Positions 11,080 through 19,929 of a DNA stretch of 64,000 bases are shown piece after piece (position 1 is the stretch's first letter; every line of letters begins with the position of its first letter). This stretch comes from Patescibacteria group bacterium (GTDB lineage Bacteria; Patescibacteriota; Minisyncoccia; Phycocordibacterales; Phycocordibacteraceae): the NCBI GenBank assembly GCA_019752595.1, contig JAIELV010000001.1:248486-312485 (forward strand). The letters run 5' to 3'. Made by a program: the position numbers and the translations under genes. The notes beneath the pieces were generated by a model. The model did not search any database and was not told the origin of the DNA. It worked only from the letters and a program-made list of their open reading frames with translations.

Positions 11080-11559
11080 TTATTGCTTTTTTAAAGTTTC
11101 CAAATCTTTCAAAATACGCTGAATATCACTGGTGAGTTGCTCGAGCGAAACCATTTGTTTCTTTTTACGCTCCTCCTCACTTTCCTCGTCCTCAGTCAAC
11201 TCCTGAATGTCTTCTTGAATGTCCTCGACGTCATCCCCAAGACCTTCCACATCTTCTGAAATTTCTTGGATGTCCTCTTGGATGTCTTCGACATCTTCTG
11301 AGACTTCTTCAAGTTCCTTCTGGTGTCGATTTACTGTCATCTGGATAAAAATACCGATATAAATCGCTTCTAACGAAACGACCGTCGTAAGAATTAAAAG
11401 CATGCTGTCCCACTCTATATATCCAAACGCTGCGGCTCCGAAAGAAAGGATGAAAAAAATAGTGTGAACAACTAAAGAGGAAATGGAACCAATCCACGTT
11501 GTCAGACGTTCAAACACAGCGTAGGGATCCCGCTTTACCTCTGCCCCGTTTCCGTTCAT
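11080..11559 (-). CDS. hypothetical membrane protein with an acidic repeat tail
   Basis: Two N-terminal TM helices followed by the repeats EDVEDIQEDIQEISEDVEG and DDVEDIQEDIQELTEDEE. Confidence 0.5.
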   Translation of the reverse strand: MNGNGAEVKRDPYAVFERLTTWIGSISSLVVHTIFFILSFGAAAFGYIEWDSMLLILTTVVSLEAIYIGIFIQMTVNRHQKELEEVSEDVEDIQEDIQEISEDVEGLGDDVEDIQEDIQELTEDEESEEERKKKQMVSLEQLTSDIQRILKDLETLKKQ

Positions 11560-11571
11560 GCCATGAGAATA

Positions 11572-12141
11572 CTAGCCAAAGTACATATGGGCAAGGCTGA
11601 TGCATGCATAAGTCCAGGCGATTCCCGCCAATACATCGACTGCGAAATGCTGTTTGATGAGGACAGTTGAGACTGCAATCGTCACGCCAAAAAACCAAAT
11701 TGGAATCCCGAACACAGGAAAGACAAGTGCGAGGTAATAGGAAGTAATAAGCGAAGTAAAAACGTGTGAACTCGGGAACGCATTCGCGTGCGAATCCCCG
11801 TTATAAATTTTTGCAACGATTTTTTCAAACATATTTTTACCCTCCACACGAGGTCGTGCCATTTTTGACGGGAAGAAAAACCACACAACCGCTGCAGAGC
11901 ACATTGCGAGAGCCATGGAGGCGTAATATGAAACCGCGTATTCGGTGTTGAAAAGTACAATGCCTGCAAAAGCAATACAGGGGAACAACAAGAGATACGG
12001 AACAGAAAGCGCGGGGATAAAAGGAATGTATTTATCGAACGGGGTCAGAAAATTAAACCGCCCACCTCCCTTTTGATTCATGACGCCAAATAAGAGCACG
12101 CCTACAAAAAAACAACCTATAAAAACAAACTTTTCCGTCAT
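11572..12141 (-). CDS. PAP2-family phosphatase (phosphatidic acid or undecaprenyl-PP phosphatase-like)
   Basis: Carries the PAP2 motifs PSSH and H-x3-D (KQHFAVDVLAG) in a 6-TM protein. Confidence 0.65.
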   Translation of the reverse strand: MTEKFVFIGCFFVGVLLFGVMNQKGGGRFNFLTPFDKYIPFIPALSVPYLLLFPCIAFAGIVLFNTEYAVSYYASMALAMCSAAVVWFFFPSKMARPRVEGKNMFEKIVAKIYNGDSHANAFPSSHVFTSLITSYYLALVFPVFGIPIWFFGVTIAVSTVLIKQHFAVDVLAGIAWTYACISLAHMYFG

Positions 12142-12214
12142 TCTCCTATTGTAGTATCATAACGCCACGGCTAAAGACACAATCGCAGAAATCATACAGG
12201 GAGAGGCTGACGCT

Positions 12215-12769
12215 GTGCGCGCCATACCAAAAAACAATCCCTACGCAAAAGCAGTAGACGCCTTCCATAAAGCAGTCCGCGGAAACGGCACAGTGGTAGT
12301 ATCTGGCGTCGGAAAAGCTGGAGATATCGGGCGTAAAATTTCTTCTACACTCAATTCTATTGGTATGCGCTCAGTGTTTGTTCATCCCTTGGAAGCCGCA
12401 CATGGTGACTTGGGCGGCATACATAAAAACAGTGTGGCACTTTTGCTTTCAAACTCTGGAAAAACCCGTGAACTTTTGGAGTTCACTTCGCTGATAAAAA
12501 ACCTCTACCCCACCGCTAAGATTGCAGTCATTACGGGGCATCCGAAATCGCCAATTGGAAAAGTGGCGGACTTTGTACTTTCTACTGGAAATCCGAAAGA
12601 GGTTGAACCTATGAGTCTAGTGCCGACCACATCCTGCGTTGCGATGCTTGTTATTGGTGACATTTTGACTGTTCTTTCAATGAAGAAATTGAAGTTAACC
12701 CCTGTGAAATACCAGAAACATCACCACGGCGGATACATCGGCAAGCGAGCGAAGAAATTAGCGCGTTAA
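12215..12769 (+). CDS. SIS-domain sugar-phosphate isomerase (KdsD/GutQ/GmhA-like, no CBS domains)
   Basis: GVGKAGDIGRKISSTLNSIGMRSVFVHPLEAAHGDLG matches the SIS signature of KpsF/KdsD-type isomerases. Confidence 0.75.
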   Translation: MRAIPKNNPYAKAVDAFHKAVRGNGTVVVSGVGKAGDIGRKISSTLNSIGMRSVFVHPLEAAHGDLGGIHKNSVALLLSNSGKTRELLEFTSLIKNLYPTAKIAVITGHPKSPIGKVADFVLSTGNPKEVEPMSLVPTTSCVAMLVIGDILTVLSMKKLKLTPVKYQKHHHGGYIGKRAKKLAR

Positions 12770-13722
12770 GATTTTTTCTTTTTTATTTCCTGTACTTTAA
12801 TTAGTGGCTTTTTCTCAAATACAGGAGTGAGAGAATCCGCGCTTCCTGCCTGTCGTTCAATAATTATATTGGACGTCTGAATACTACGATGTGGCTTATG
12901 CACTTTAATCCCCCTACCTTTATCTGAATTGCGTATAGTGTCAGCAAATCTTCGAACAGGAAACTCTCCTGGCAGTTGAAGCATAAGTGCCCCGCCAGGT
13001 TCTAATTTTTCATACAGCCCGTTAATAAGTTCAGAAACCATATGCATTTGCTCAGGGCCAGAGCGAGACAACATCGGCTTCTCCATCTTGACGACTATGC
13101 AAGTAAATTTTCCGTCTTTCGAGCGTGGGTTTCTGATCGCGTTCATTCCCTGAAGAGATACGGGTTCTGTATGCTCTGGATTTTCAGAACCACCTATCCC
13201 TCCCGTGCCTGCATGGCCTTTCTTTGAAAACGCATCAGCAATAATTATCTCGTGGTTAGGCAGTGATGGAAACGGAGAATTTTTTCCAGCAGAAACTCCT
13301 TCAACTCGCGGATCCGTGAGTGAAGCCCCTACCACAAAAACTTTTTCCATTCCTGGCAGTGCGTGAATGTCTTTGGAAAGCTGTCCTGCTGTTCCGCCGA
13401 CCTCAAGAACACTGGCATTTTCTTTGCCTTTTACTATGGAGGAAATGTATCCCTGTACGGTATGGCTTTTTTCAGGAATAACCGAAGAAAACGCTCTGTT
13501 AAAAGCATCTAGCCCGCTCTCCCAAACACCCCACACTCTTTTTGAGTTTTGTCCCCAAGAAGAAGGGAGACTTTGTACACTATTCTTCCGTAAGTTCCAG
13601 AGTTCTGAAACTCTATTGTCGCGAGATCGCTGTTCCGCTTTTGCTCGCTCTTCAGCTAAAGCTTCGGGGGTAATGACGGGCGCTCTCTCGCCCAGGTTTT
13701 GTATAGCTTCCCAAACAGCCAT
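12766..13722 (-). CDS. putative class I SAM-dependent methyltransferase (uncertain)
   Basis: Motif I-like VLEVGGTAGQ, post-I VFVVGASLTD, motif III-like LEPGGALMLQ. Its 4-bp overlap with the upstream gene suggests operon membership. Confidence 0.4.
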   Translation of the reverse strand: MAVWEAIQNLGERAPVITPEALAEERAKAEQRSRDNRVSELWNLRKNSVQSLPSSWGQNSKRVWGVWESGLDAFNRAFSSVIPEKSHTVQGYISSIVKGKENASVLEVGGTAGQLSKDIHALPGMEKVFVVGASLTDPRVEGVSAGKNSPFPSLPNHEIIIADAFSKKGHAGTGGIGGSENPEHTEPVSLQGMNAIRNPRSKDGKFTCIVVKMEKPMLSRSGPEQMHMVSELINGLYEKLEPGGALMLQLPGEFPVRRFADTIRNSDKGRGIKVHKPHRSIQTSNIIIERQAGSADSLTPVFEKKPLIKVQEIKKKKS

Positions 13723-13727
13723 ATGAA

Positions 13728-14354
13728 TTAATTTGAAAAGAGTTTTTTAAGGTCTTCAGATTTTTTGGGATCGAGAAGCGCACGCAAAACCAAATTGTTC
13801 AAGCCTTCCTGACGAATTGAATCTGAGAGCACGAGCTGGATAAGTTCATCGTACGTAACGGGCATCAATTCTATCTTCTCCCCTGCATCCACTTTGGGTT
13901 CCTGTATTTTTTTGCAGTTTTTTCCGATAAACACATGGACGAACCAATCAATTTTTTCGTAAGGCTGTACCGTATAAAAAGGAACAACTGTTTCGGGTTT
14001 GTGACCTGTTTCCTCTAAAAGTTCTCTCAAAACTGCAGATTCAGGATGTTCCCCGTCTTCAAGGCGACCCGAAGGCGCAGTAATCACGGTCTCCCGCTGG
14101 GGTTGAGAGTCTTTGATAAGCAATATGCGTCCGTCCTCAAGGATGGGATATATCACTGCAGTATCCTGACGAGCAATTTTTTCGAAGGTATGCGTGGTGC
14201 CGTCATACAACGTTTGTTCCCACTGGTGAACATCAAATATCTTTCCTTCAAAGACAAGCTTTGCGGACTCTGGGACAGTTGTTTTTCTATACGGACGGTC
14301 CTTCTTCATCTGTGAAAGTATATACCAATCCGATATATCATTCATCCAACGCAT
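13728..14354 (-). CDS. NUDIX hydrolase (ADP-ribose pyrophosphatase-like)
   Basis: Nudix box LEDGEHPESAVLRELLEETG. The true start may be the internal MKKDRPYRK. Confidence 0.8.
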   Translation of the reverse strand: MRWMNDISDWYILSQMKKDRPYRKTTVPESAKLVFEGKIFDVHQWEQTLYDGTTHTFEKIARQDTAVIYPILEDGRILLIKDSQPQRETVITAPSGRLEDGEHPESAVLRELLEETGHKPETVVPFYTVQPYEKIDWFVHVFIGKNCKKIQEPKVDAGEKIELMPVTYDELIQLVLSDSIRQEGLNNLVLRALLDPKKSEDLKKLFSN

Positions 14355-14392
14355 TAATTACACTATGTTACCATGGTAACATAGTGTAATTA
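14355..14392. repeat. 38-bp perfect palindrome TAATTACACTATGTTACCATGGTAACATAGTGTAATTA that exactly fills the gap between the divergent NUDIX and DHFR-like start codons
   Basis: I checked the 19-nt arms base by base and they are perfect reverse complements around a CCATGG centre. Position suggests an operator or divergent-promoter element. Confidence 0.9.
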
Positions 14393-14973
14393 TGGTTATT
14401 GTAGAGGGTACTACGGTCGGGCATAAAAATCAGTACAATAGGTACGTGACGAGAAAACCTCACTACATCGCAATTGCTGCGGTCACACTCGATGGAAAAA
14501 TCGGAGCGAATGAGAAGCATTTTTCGAATTGGACCTCAAAAGAGGATAAGAAATTTATGCGTGCACTTTTAGATACGTGCGACGTCATCATTGTTGGCAA
14601 CAACACGTACAAAACCGCCCTGAAACCTCTCTCGAAACGAAATTGCATAGTACTCACCCGATCTATAAAAACTACGAAAAAAGTTTCTGAAAAACTGCTG
14701 TACCTTAATACCAGGTCTGCCAATCTTAAAAAAACTATACAAAAAACGGGGTACAAAAAAATTGCAGTCCTTGGCGGAGCACAAACGTATAGCTATTGCT
14801 TGGAACACGGGATGCTTGACGACCTTTACCTAACTATTGAGCCTGTTATTTTTGGCTCAGGAGTGCCGCTGTTTGCAGGAAAATTTAAACTTAGGAAGAC
14901 AAAGATTCTATCAGTGAAAAAACTTAACAAGACGGGCACGCTTTTGGTGCACAGCGTTTTTCGTCAAACCTAG
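14392..14973 (+). CDS. dihydrofolate reductase-like / RibD C-terminal-domain reductase
   Basis: YIAIAAVTLDGKIG, VIIVGNNTY, IAVLGGAQTY and LYLTIEPVIFGSGVPLF match the DHFR/RibD-C fold. The true start could instead be the GTG at 14446. Confidence 0.65.
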   Translation: MVIVEGTTVGHKNQYNRYVTRKPHYIAIAAVTLDGKIGANEKHFSNWTSKEDKKFMRALLDTCDVIIVGNNTYKTALKPLSKRNCIVLTRSIKTTKKVSEKLLYLNTRSANLKKTIQKTGYKKIAVLGGAQTYSYCLEHGMLDDLYLTIEPVIFGSGVPLFAGKFKLRKTKILSVKKLNKTGTLLVHSVFRQT

Positions 14974-15040
14974 AATATGCTAGCATCCTCAGTATTCCTT
15001 ATTGTGGGAATAGCATTAGGTGCGACATGAAGTCTTTAGT

Positions 15041-15111
15041 CGGGGCGTAGTATACCGGTAGTACATACGCTTCGGGTGCGTAGAGACCGAGTTCGATTCT
15101 CGGCGCCCCGA
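15041..15111 (+). tRNA. tRNA-Pro (anticodon CGG)
   Basis: Cloverleaf: acceptor CGGGGCG/CGCCCCG, anticodon stem TACGC/GCGTA, loop TTCGGGT (U33, G37), T-arm CCGAG-TTCGATT-CTCGG, discriminator A, no encoded CCA. Confidence 0.75.
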
Positions 15112-15231
15112 CTAAGGACTCCGCGAGAAATTCGGTTCGTAAAGTTCTTAGACAGATTTCGGGCCGTAAGTAAACTTTCGGCCCGTTCACTCGGACGGCA
15201 TGAAAATAAATTTTCGCGCCGCTCCTCGTTC

Positions 15232-15302
15232 CGGGCCGTAGTATACCGGTAGTACGCATGCATGGGGTGCATGTAGATCGGGTTCGATTCCCGACGGCCC
15301 GA
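15232..15302 (+). tRNA. tRNA-Pro (anticodon GGG)
   Basis: Acceptor CGGGCCG/CGGCCCG, anticodon loop ATGGGGT, T-loop TTCGATT. It is a paralog of the first tRNA-Pro and shares its D-arm. Confidence 0.75.
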
Positions 15303-15316
15303 CCCAGACGTCATTC

Positions 15317-15388
15317 GCTCTCATAGCTCAATGGATAGAGTGTATCCCTCCGAAGGATGAGATGCAGGTTCGATTCCTGCTGAGAGCA
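15317..15388 (+). tRNA. tRNA-Arg (anticodon CCG)
   Basis: Acceptor GCTCTCA/TGAGAGC, D-arm TAGCTCAATGGATAGAGT, anticodon loop CTCCGAA, T-arm GCAGG-TTCGATT-CCTGC. Confidence 0.8.
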
Positions 15389-15451
15389 CAAAACTGCTTT
15401 TGTGCGTGCAGAAATCGAAAGGGTTTGCGATGTTGAGTCCGCGAAACAGCA

Positions 15452-15486
15452 ACCCACCCGCGACGGTAGTCGAGATTCCAGGCTCG
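15452..15486 (+). repeat. Direct repeat copy 1 (GCGACGGTAGTCGAGATTCCAGGCTCGAGAGC[G/A]CA), 3' of the GGCT-like gene
   Basis: A 32-nt core identical to 16282-16313, then one mismatch, then CA. It contains a CTCGAG...CTCGAG hairpin. Confidence 0.85.
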
Positions 15487-15543
15487 AGAGCGCAGGTTAT
15501 TGCTAATTCAAGTGACCGAGTGGCGTGGTTAAAAGTTTCCTGT

Positions 15544-16257
15544 TCAGTCAGTGTTATCTTCAAGTATTAGGAGCGCCTTTTTACGCGTATCGCGGTTGAT
15601 GTCGTTATCTTCCGTATTTTTTTGTTTCTCGAGCGATGCTATGTATTCCTGCGGAAGTCCGTTCTGCTTAGCGCCTTTTATAATGAGAGCGAGATACCAG
15701 TCATAGGGAAGCAAGTCCTTCTTCTTTTCCTTCGTGAAATAGGTAACGACCCGTTCTTTGTGTTGTTTTGAGGGCATCCAGATCCAAATATGTTCCGACT
15801 CATAACCAGCACCTTCCGCTCTATCGAGTAAGACCCTTTCAGACTCATTAACTTCAAACACAGTTCCATAGGTGTGAGAGTGCCCTCTTTTTTCTATTGC
15901 TGCTTTCCCTGAGCCGTCTTTGCTCAGTTTTGTAAAAACTAGCAGATAGTTTTCTGCCATGCCTAGACCAACGGACCTGGCGCTCGGACACTTGTCTCGT
16001 AGCCATTTAGTGCACATGTTTGAACCATAAGCGAAATACAAAAAGGTTTGTTTTGGTTCTTGCTCTAATTTCAACTTGTCGGCAATATAAACTGCCAAAA
16101 ACATGGAGCCCAAAAACAAAAGCGCACCCAACCTGAGCCACGAAGGACCTGGATTGGTGAAATATTCAAATATAAAAATCAGAGTAACAAACAGTGCGAG
16201 AGCAAGAACTGTCGTTCTGAAATTATTCATCGTCCGTATACTATAAACCCGTAACAA
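15544..16257 (-). CDS. membrane-anchored gamma-glutamyl cyclotransferase-like (AIG2/GGCT family) protein
   Basis: Two N-terminal TM helices, then the GGCT signature YFAYGSNM. Confidence 0.6.
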   Translation of the reverse strand: MLRVYSIRTMNNFRTTVLALALFVTLIFIFEYFTNPGPSWLRLGALLFLGSMFLAVYIADKLKLEQEPKQTFLYFAYGSNMCTKWLRDKCPSARSVGLGMAENYLLVFTKLSKDGSGKAAIEKRGHSHTYGTVFEVNESERVLLDRAEGAGYESEHIWIWMPSKQHKERVVTYFTKEKKKDLLPYDWYLALIIKGAKQNGLPQEYIASLEKQKNTEDNDINRDTRKKALLILEDNTD

Positions 16258-16281
16258 GTCATTAGAGCGTTTGCCTCACAT

Positions 16282-16316
16282 GCGACGGTAGTCGAGATTC
16301 CAGGCTCGAGAGCACA
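16282..16316 (+). repeat. Direct repeat copy 2, 25 bp upstream of the GGCT-like start codon
   Basis: Same 32-nt core as 15452-15483. Confidence 0.85.
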
Positions 16317-16320
16317 TCTG

Positions 16321-16965
16321 CTATTCCCGCACCATTGTCACTAAGTGTTCTTCAGGATGAGAGGCATCGGGGCGGGGGGGAAAACCTAATTTTTGCGCGA
16401 GACCAATTGAACCTTCATTTTTGCTATTGAAAATCGCCCATAGTTTCGCATCAGGATAGGCTTTCAAATACGTATCAATACAAAACTGTACGAACCCACG
16501 CATATGACCTTTTCCGCGGAATGGATTGTAACTACGATATGAAATAGTATGCCAATTTTCTGCATCAATTTTTTTTCCCGCCTCGCGTTCTTCATCAGAC
16601 AAATATTTCATTGATTTTTGCCCCAAGGGTTTTGGTCCAAACCAACAAATAGCGGTTACTGAGTCCGATTCTTCGTGAATAAGTGCAAACGGCGTTCTGC
16701 CTTTTGAGTACCATTCTTCGTATGAACCTTCGCCAAATCGTTTTTTGTCAGACGTGTTTTCTTGCAAGTCAGCATCATTTTCATCAAGTGAATAATGCTT
16801 CACCTGCTCTGCCATGTGACGATCAAGCCCTGCAACCACTACAAAACGTTCTCCCGATTTTGACTGCGCATCGGCAATAGGCACGCTTTCAAAAAGAGCG
16901 AGCGGAAACTGCAATGTTCCTTCAAATGAATACGGGTATACATCCATATCGTCTGATGTCGTCAT
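16321..16965 (-). CDS. GNAT-family N-acetyltransferase (putative)
   Basis: Acetyl-CoA-binding motif A FRGKGHMRGFV and motif B GSIGLAQKLGF. It overlaps the aclA stop by 4 bp. Confidence 0.55.
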   Translation of the reverse strand: MTTSDDMDVYPYSFEGTLQFPLALFESVPIADAQSKSGERFVVVAGLDRHMAEQVKHYSLDENDADLQENTSDKKRFGEGSYEEWYSKGRTPFALIHEESDSVTAICWFGPKPLGQKSMKYLSDEEREAGKKIDAENWHTISYRSYNPFRGKGHMRGFVQFCIDTYLKAYPDAKLWAIFNSKNEGSIGLAQKLGFPPRPDASHPEEHLVTMVRE

Positions 16966-18764
16966 ACTATTCTACTATGCGAAGACGTGTCAGTTTCATG
17001 CAGGAGTTCGTCAGGAAGACGGAATAGCCCTTCGTCATTTTTCTTTTGTTCTAAGAAATGCGCCACAAAACCAACGCTTCGAGGCAGTATGAAAAAGGCA
17101 TTGAAAAATTCCGCGCGTACCAGGGTTTGAAGCTCGGCATTCGTAAGACCTTCTTTTTCCGAAAGTATGTCAAGAAAAAGTGCAGAAATGGCACCGTCAA
17201 TATTGAGTATCAGTGTCCCTTTTTTCCTTACCGTTATTTTTTCAATCGATTGTGCAAAATCAGAGTGAGGGTGCTTTTTGAGTACGTTCTTAAATTCCAT
17301 CAATGCAAGAACTCGGGGGTCTGGAATCCCAAGACGATATTTCTTATGACCGATGCCTGGAATCGGTTCTCGGCGCTTCCCCCACTCAGATACAAAATCG
17401 GCTGAAGATATATTTCGACTCACCCCCGAAAGCCACGCACCCGCCGCTGCGTTCACCGCACCACCGAAGCGCGAACCGATAGTCAAAAGGCCAGCTGAAA
17501 GCGAGGTTGCCATATCTCTTCCCGCGCGCGCGGTAATCATAGTGTTTACAGCGCCTGAGACGTGCCCTCCATGATCAATGAGTAACCGAAACACCGCATC
17601 GGTATATGCAACCGTCACGTTACTTTTGGGCGGTCTTCCAAGAAGTGCCTCAAGTAATGCGGGTACAAAAAGAGTGCCCCCGTGCGAAGTGATTTTTTTA
17701 CCAGAAACAAGTTTGGGTAATGCGCCGATTCCTGTTATTTTCCTAGTCGTTAGTATCGTCTTTTGGCGGCTCGTGCTCATCTCCTTCTTCTTCATTTTAC
17801 CATTCCCCCGCGGTACCGAAAGTTCGTCGATTGCCTTCAAAAACCCTGAGAATGTATCTGGTGCATGGACGCCTGCATCCCTCAAGGCACTGCGTTTCGC
17901 CCGCGCGCTTTCATCATTTTTACGCACCAGGGCTTTTGCGTGCCCAAACTGTACATGCTCTTCAAAAGCTTCATCTATAACCCCCGCTATGTACGCAACA
18001 AGCGGTTTGGTAAAGCGTTTTTCTTCAATAAGGGTAATAATTTCATATTCGTCGTCACCCCCAAGTTCGCCAAAATAGACTACTGCGTCTGTGTTTGGAT
18101 CTGATTCAGCGAGCGTAAAAGCATCTGTCAGCGAGAAAACGGGGAAACGATCACCGCCAACACACGCAGCGAACGATACACGGCGTCCTGAATCACTGAC
18201 TGCATGTATAAGTTCGTTTGTCATACCACCTGAAGTGGAGCACACGGCAATACTGCCTTTTTCTGTAATGTGAGAACGGTGTATCTGCTCGAGACTGACA
18301 CCCCCTATTGCCCCAAGTTTTAGGAAACCTGAAACCAGAAAACCGACACCAGACGGACCAAATATAGAATATGTTTTTAAAAATCGTTGTAGTAATTTCG
18401 TGGCGTGCACTTCAGGAACATTCTCTGCAAAAATGTGTGCACCAAGGGCGTGTGGTACCTGTTCAAAAAAGTGTGTTACTGAATCACATGCCCGTCTACC
18501 TGATTCTAGCGAGAGGAACCATGCGATATCCAAACGAAGTGAGGCGGGGATAGATTCAATAGATGAAAAACATGGAATAAGAACTTCGGAGGGACCAAAA
18601 AATAATTTGTATGCTGTTCTCGTGCCCGTCACAATTGCACGAATCGAGGGTCGTTTTTTCCCTGCCAGATAATCAAAATCTACTATTGATTGCAAGATCG
18701 GCTCGTGAATTCCACCGACCACTATTCCGTCCTGCCCGCGTCTGAGTTTTTGTAGTATGTTCAT
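16962..18764 (-). CDS. aclA: ATP-citrate lyase large subunit (CoA-binding/phosphohistidine domain fused to a citrate-synthase-like domain)
   Basis: [28 protein letters not shown] matches the ACLY phosphohistidine loop [66 protein letters not shown] and [18 protein letters not shown] match the ACLY citryl-CoA lyase domain. Confidence 0.85.
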   Translation of the reverse strand: [600 protein letters not shown]

Positions 18765-19918
18765 ACAGTTACATACGCGATTGCCTTCTCCACTGCGTCG
18801 GTAATACGTGCAGCACTGCCTGAAATAGAACCAAGAATACGGTGGTGCTTGAGAAACTGTTTCATCTGCAGAAGCCCTTCCGCTTCGCGGGGCCCACCAC
18901 GGCGGACGAATACTTTGACATTTGCTTTTGCAAGGTCACTCGCTCGCTCCGTAAGTGCATCAATAATGCCAGAGAAGGTAGTACTCACATCAGTAAAATT
19001 TGCTATCCCTCCTGCTATCACCAGTGCTCTTTTTTTACTTTTTGAGGAAAGCATGAGTCCGATAATTTCGCGTGCATACAGATACGTTTCTTCTCGTGTT
19101 GGCCCACCACTGTATTCGCCATAGTTTGCAATGAGAGAACCGGCTTTCTTACTGACTGCATGATCGCCTATGGTTATAGAACCACCCCCACCTGACAAGA
19201 GAAAAAAGAGCGAACCGTGCGGATTAAGTATAGTGAGTTTTAAAGATGCTGGTGTCGTCTTATCGAGCTCCGCCACCGTAGCTTCGCGACGATGTTTCTT
19301 TTTTGACTCTGTATAATCTGCCTCCGACCACGCTCCGTGTACTAACTGCTCTCCTGCATCATCAACGAGAAGCGCTGCATCAAGCGCCCACACCTTCGAA
19401 CCTATAACAACCAGAGGATTAATTTCCAAAAACGCCAAATGGTACGCATCGAATGCACTCAGTATCGTACGTACAAACTGTTCGGGGATGAGTGTTTTTT
19501 TTGAGACATATGCAGAGTCTTCGCTTCCTCGAATATCAAACGACTGAACCGAGGCGCTTGACTCTTCAATGTCTATCCCGCCCTTTGTAGAAAATAGAAC
19601 CCTTACTCCTGTTCGAATTCGGTCAAAAGAAAGATACTGCTCCGATTGCGGAGAATGTTCGACGTATTCTTCAACGAGGAAGCGAGTAAATCCTTTTTTA
19701 GACCACGCGCGAATATGTTTTCGAATTTCGGACGCAGGAATATTGATGACGACCAGCTTTTGCTTGAAACGTTTTTTTATACCCTGGTCAACCTTTACTA
19801 CATACCTCCCTTTTTGAGGGACAGAGAATTGTGTATCTTTCGTGACCGAAACACCTGTATACGAATCGCCCAATAACAATCGTTTTGCCCTGTACTCAGA
19901 AACTTTGACGCGCGCCAT
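18761..19918 (-). CDS. aclB: ATP-citrate lyase small subunit (ATP-grasp, SucC-like)
   Basis: LAFLEINPLVV, SLKLTILNPHGSLFFLLSGGGGSITI, ANYGEYSGGPTREETY, VIAGGIANFTDV and VFVRRGGP match the ACLY N-terminal region motif by motif. Confidence 0.85.
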   Translation of the reverse strand: MARVKVSEYRAKRLLLGDSYTGVSVTKDTQFSVPQKGRYVVKVDQGIKKRFKQKLVVINIPASEIRKHIRAWSKKGFTRFLVEEYVEHSPQSEQYLSFDRIRTGVRVLFSTKGGIDIEESSASVQSFDIRGSEDSAYVSKKTLIPEQFVRTILSAFDAYHLAFLEINPLVVIGSKVWALDAALLVDDAGEQLVHGAWSEADYTESKKKHRREATVAELDKTTPASLKLTILNPHGSLFFLLSGGGGSITIGDHAVSKKAGSLIANYGEYSGGPTREETYLYAREIIGLMLSSKSKKRALVIAGGIANFTDVSTTFSGIIDALTERASDLAKANVKVFVRRGGPREAEGLLQMKQFLKHHRILGSISGSAARITDAVEKAIAYVTV

Positions 19919-19929
19919 TTCGAGGCATT

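Noticed and set aside
15440-15500. A fourth tRNA or tRNA fragment formed by the repeat GGTAGTCGAGATTCCAGGCTCGAG
   Set aside because: The stem-loop has an 8-nt loop (ATTCCAGG), not a T-loop, and there is no acceptor or anticodon arm. It is not a tRNA. It is reported only as a direct repeat.
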